From: an uncultured Planctomycetia bacterium
GTDB lineage: Bacteria; Omnitrophota; Gorgyraeia; Duberdicusellales; 4484-171
DNA: 64,000 nt
NCBI GenBank assembly: GCA_964455085.1
Contig: CAYVYJ010000007.1
Location: forward strand, 4,277 to 68,276
Reading direction: 5' to 3'
Under the pieces are notes generated by a model. That model did not search any database, was not told the DNA's origin, and saw nothing but the letters and a program-made list of their open reading frames with translations. Below are positions 61,119 to 64,000 of this stretch, piece by piece. Numbering within the stretch: the stretch's first letter is position 1; each line of letters starts with the position of its first letter. A program made the position numbers and the translations under genes.

Positions 61119-62411
61119 CTACCCTCTTTTTTTCTTTAACACCCTTGCCGGAACACCCACTACTACTGTATTGGGTTCAACATTTTTAGTCACCACACTT
61201 CCGGCACCAGTAATCGCACCCCTACCAACTTTAACCGGAGCCACTAAGACAGTATCACACCCAATAAAAGCATACTTTTTAATATCGGTCCTCTGCTTGG
61301 ATTTACCATCATAATTAGCTACTACAGTCCCGGCACCGATATTAACCCCTTCGGCTATCTGTGTATCGCCCAAATAGCCAAAGTGCTTTATTCTCACCTT
61401 CTTTCCTACTTGAGTGCGGTTTATTTCCAGGAAATTGCCCACCTGAGTATTATCCCCAACAGAGCTGCCTTTTCTTAAACGTAGGTATGGCCCCAGGGAA
61501 CAATTGTTGCCAATTATAACACCTTTCTCGATGAAGGTAAAGGGGTAAATTAGAGTATTCTTGCCAATTGTTACCCCGCTTTCGATAAAGGTAGTTTCGG
61601 GATCAATAATCTTAACTCCCTTCTGGGAAAGTTCTTCTAAGACCCTCTGGCGCATAATTTTAGCTGCTTTCCAAAGGTCTTTTTGGGTATTTATGCCAAT
61701 GATTTCTCCAGAACTATCCAAAAGGTAAGTATCGATTTTCTCCCGTTGGTTATAAAGAATTTCCACTATATCAGTAAGAAAATACTCATTTTTCCTCTTA
61801 TTTTTAGTTATTAGGGATAAGTTCTGTTTCAGGAGCTGACGCTTAAAACAATATATTCCGCTATTTACCTCCTGATTGGTAAGCCTTGAGTTTTTTCCCC
61901 GGGCACTGCCCAGAGCAGTCTTGGCCTTCTCTTGGATAGCTTTAAGCTTCCCTTTCTTATCTCGTACAATAACCCCTAGTGAATTATCATCAGCCTCATT
62001 AGCAGTAATTACGGAGCATGATAGTCTTCTTCTAATAAAAGAAGAAATAAAAGCTTTCAGGGTTTCGGCTCTAATTAGAGACGTATCAGCACAAAGGACT
62101 AAGACATTCTTATGCTTTATCTTTTTGGCGGCCACAGCCAAAGCATTAGCTGTTCCTAACCTTCTGGGCTGATAGACAAATTTTATCTTGGCCCCAGCCG
62201 AAAAACATTTTTTTACTTCCCTCTCAACCATTTTCCCTTTATGCCCTACGATAACAATAATCTCTTTGAGGTATCGCTTTAATTGTAATACTTCCTTTAA
62301 AGGGTAAAAGATTAGGGGCGACCCGATTAAATCATAGACAGCTTTGGGGAAAGTTGACTTCATCCTCTTACCCTCTCCACCGGCTAAAATTACTACACTA
62401 AAGTTTTCCAT
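61119..62411 (-). CDS. glmU: Bifunctional GlcNAc-1-phosphate uridyltransferase / glucosamine-1-phosphate acetyltransferase
   Basis: It has an N-terminal nucleotidyltransferase domain (VVILAGGEGKRM) and a C-terminal LbetaH acetyltransferase domain. The start was moved to MENFSVV because the longer ORF-track ORF runs through tRNA-Gln. Confidence 0.9.
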   Translation of the reverse strand: MENFSVVILAGGEGKRMKSTFPKAVYDLIGSPLIFYPLKEVLQLKRYLKEIIVIVGHKGKMVEREVKKCFSAGAKIKFVYQPRRLGTANALAVAAKKIKHKNVLVLCADTSLIRAETLKAFISSFIRRRLSCSVITANEADDNSLGVIVRDKKGKLKAIQEKAKTALGSARGKNSRLTNQEVNSGIYCFKRQLLKQNLSLITKNKRKNEYFLTDIVEILYNQREKIDTYLLDSSGEIIGINTQKDLWKAAKIMRQRVLEELSQKGVKIIDPETTFIESGVTIGKNTLIYPFTFIEKGVIIGNNCSLGPYLRLRKGSSVGDNTQVGNFLEINRTQVGKKVRIKHFGYLGDTQIAEGVNIGAGTVVANYDGKSKQRTDIKKYAFIGCDTVLVAPVKVGRGAITGAGSVVTKNVEPNTVVVGVPARVLKKKRG

Positions 62412-62444
62412 AATTACCTCTTTTAAGCTACCTTTGAATTTTGG

Positions 62445-62516
62445 TTGCCCGGTGAGGACTCGAACCTCAAAACTCAGCTCCAAAAGCTGATGTGTTACCG
62501 ATTACACTACCGGGCA
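62445..62516 (-). tRNA. trnQ: tRNA-Gln (anticodon UUG)
   Basis: Cloverleaf with acceptor UGCCCGG/CCGGGCA, anticodon stem-loop UCAGC-UUUUGGA-GCUGA and a UGAGG-UUCGAGU-CCUCA T-arm. Confidence 0.85.
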
Positions 62517-62578
62517 GTTACTTTTAGATTATGAGTTAGCGTACTTTTTAATTTTATGCCTACCCTTAAATCTGCTCT

Positions 62579-63004
62579 CTACTCTGTGCCGCTTGTCTCC
62601 TCGGTTGTAGTCTTTTCCTTGATTGTCTCACTGCGCGGTGATGATTTTTCATCATGGTAAGCATCCAAAACTTTGCTCTGCAAGTAATCCCTGAATTCCT
62701 GGTTGATCGGGTGTGCTAAATCTTGATGTGTCGTGTGCCGGTTATCATCTGATTCCCGAGGAGAAGGAGGTAATTGCACGCCGCAATGATTGCAATGTTG
62801 GCTGCCAACATCAATTTTTTTGCCGCAACGAGGACAAAACTGTTTTAACTTCCTTGCCGGCATTGCAACAAATAAACCGTTATTACCTTCAATGACCTTA
62901 ATATTTCTTACCACAAAAGAATTATCAAAGGTAATTGTTGCATAAGCCTTAAGTCTCTTGCCCTCACTTTCTCGAAGCGAAACTCTGACTTCTGTAATCT
63001 CCAT
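62579..63004 (-). CDS. spoVG: SpoVG-family protein with an internal zinc-ribbon insertion and an extended C-terminus
   Basis: The 141-aa ORF has a SpoVG N-terminal core (MEITEVRVSLRESEGKRLKAYATITFDNSFVVRNIKVIEGNNGLFVAMP) and a later DLAHPINQEFRDYLQSKVLDAYH. The two are separated by CPRCGKKIDVGSQHCNHCG. Confidence 0.75.
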   Translation of the reverse strand: MEITEVRVSLRESEGKRLKAYATITFDNSFVVRNIKVIEGNNGLFVAMPARKLKQFCPRCGKKIDVGSQHCNHCGVQLPPSPRESDDNRHTTHQDLAHPINQEFRDYLQSKVLDAYHDEKSSPRSETIKEKTTTEETSGTE

Positions 63005-63034
63005 AGAACTTACCTCCTTTAGTTATCAGATGCC

Positions 63035-63928
63035 TTAAAATGTCTTAGCCACAAACATCAGCCAATTGTCTTTTGCCAAATTTTTTATTTTTGACAGAGA
63101 AAAATTGTCAAAGATTGTGTAAAGAGCGCTCCCGGAACCGGTTACCGTGGTGAAAATACCTTCTCCAGCCAAGAGTGTTTTTGCACTTCTTAACTCCTTA
63201 CAAATAGAGAGCGCGCTTGACTCTAAAGCATTGAAAATATTCTTCTTAATTAAAGTAATATCTCCTTTCTTTAGAGCATACCGCAATATCTTAGCATTAT
63301 TAAAAAATTTTGTCAATTTTACTCTCGAGTTCCCATAAACCTTCTTTGTAGATAGGGATATTCCCGGCCAGATAATAAGATGACGGAATTTAGACTTTGC
63401 TTTAAAAGGGTTTACTTTCTCGCCCTTCCCCTCAAGAAAAGCAAATTGGCTCTCAGAGAGGAAAAAATTGACATCACTACCAAGTTTTGGGCCTAATCGA
63501 TAGAGCTCATTCGGCTTTAAACCCAATTTAAACAGTTCGTTTATCCCTAAGAGGGTACTGGCAGCATTAGAAGAACCTCCTCCTAAACCAGCCCCGATAG
63601 GAATATTCTTCTTAAGAAAAATATCAAAACCAAAAGGAATCTTAAATTTCTTTTGCAGAAGTTGTGCAGCCTTAAATACAAGATTCCCACTGGTTTCCAG
63701 GCTCTTATTGTTTGAAGATATCTTTATTGTCGGGTCTGGCTGGATTCTGATTGAGATCTGATCAGCTAATGAGATGCGTTCAACAATACTCTCTATACGA
63801 TGAAACCCATTTGAATACTTATCCTTTATATTAAGGTAAAGGTTTATTTTGGCGGGACTTAAAACTCTAATCTTACTACCGCAACAACTTTTCTGCTTTC
63901 TCAGCGACAAAATTAGCGGAGAGGCCAT
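63035..63928 (-). CDS. ispE: 4-diphosphocytidyl-2-C-methyl-D-erythritol kinase
   Basis: It is a GHMP kinase with PAKINLYLNI and PIGAGLGGGSSNAA. The annotated ATG start overlaps the upstream gene by about 50 nt, so the true start may be downstream at a non-ATG codon. Confidence 0.88.
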   Translation of the reverse strand: MASPLILSLRKQKSCCGSKIRVLSPAKINLYLNIKDKYSNGFHRIESIVERISLADQISIRIQPDPTIKISSNNKSLETSGNLVFKAAQLLQKKFKIPFGFDIFLKKNIPIGAGLGGGSSNAASTLLGINELFKLGLKPNELYRLGPKLGSDVNFFLSESQFAFLEGKGEKVNPFKAKSKFRHLIIWPGISLSTKKVYGNSRVKLTKFFNNAKILRYALKKGDITLIKKNIFNALESSALSICKELRSAKTLLAGEGIFTTVTGSGSALYTIFDNFSLSKIKNLAKDNWLMFVAKTF

Positions 63929-64000
63929 AAAAATCCATCAACTCCTGAGGTGAACCGGATTGACCAAACTCATCCTCTACCCCTACACGCTCCACTTGCG
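63876..64000 (-). CDS. C-terminal end of a transketolase-family protein (transketolase C-terminal subunit or DXS-like). The 5' end is cut by the window edge.
   Basis: Manual translation gives ...EDEFGQSGSPQELMDFYGLSANFVAEKAEKLLR*, which resembles transketolase C-terminal ends. Confidence 0.5.
   Translation of the reverse strand, partial: QVERVGVEDEFGQSGSPQELMDFYGLSANFVAEKAEKLLR

Noticed and set aside
61119-62483. Longer GlmU ORF starting at MELSFEVRVL
   Set aside because: Its first 24 codons run through tRNA-Gln. The internal MENFSVVILAGGEGKRM start matches the GlmU N-terminus.

Overview
This is an AT-rich chromosomal segment from a diderm (LPS-producing) bacterium. It carries roughly 72 genes, and all but one are on the minus strand, so it probably sits on a single replichore and is transcribed as long operons. 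Almost all of it is core housekeeping. In minus-strand reading order (high to low coordinate) it runs: a transketolase C-terminal fragment, ispE, spoVG, tRNA-Gln, glmU, prs, rplY, pth, rpsF, ssb, rpsR, rplI, dnaB, bamA, skp, lpxD, an lpxC-fabZ fusion, lpxA, lpxI, a TPR-SpoIID protein, a TPR/PMT-like membrane protein, hemW, rfaE (heptose kinase), kdsB/A/D/C, lptC/A-like, lptB, tig, clpP, serC-like, serA, a LeuA/NifV-family synthase, purA, H+/Na+ pyrophosphatase, a YkgJ-like protein, rpe, a YibQ-like deacetylase, queH, a TIGR01212-like radical SAM protein, lgt, nadE, folK, panC, nadX, uvrA, a large TPR protein, exbB, exbD, four tightly coupled small hypothetical genes, tRNA-Ala, rsmE, mtaB-like, rluB-like, gmhB, a GT28 glycosyltransferase, a PriA homologue, fmt, acyP, ligA, tRNA-Thr, rpmG (below the 60-aa cutoff of the ORF track; found by manual translation), tRNA-Trp, secE, nusG, rplK, rplA and rplJ (partial). 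The only plus-strand gene is a spore-photoproduct-lyase-like radical SAM protein with its own sigma70-like promoter. No CRISPR array, rRNA, integrase or transposase was seen. The most unusual locus is the exbB-exbD-linked run of four overlapping small ORFs at 12587-13952, followed by a 26-bp perfect palindrome. Other points worth a second look are a PriA lacking helicase motifs, an SSB without the acidic tail, a SpoVG with a zinc-ribbon insertion, a trigger factor without a PPIase domain, a missing tuf at the canonical tRNA-Thr/tRNA-Trp locus, and two repeat-structured intergenic regions. All calls are from reading the sequence and translations by eye. No database searches were run.
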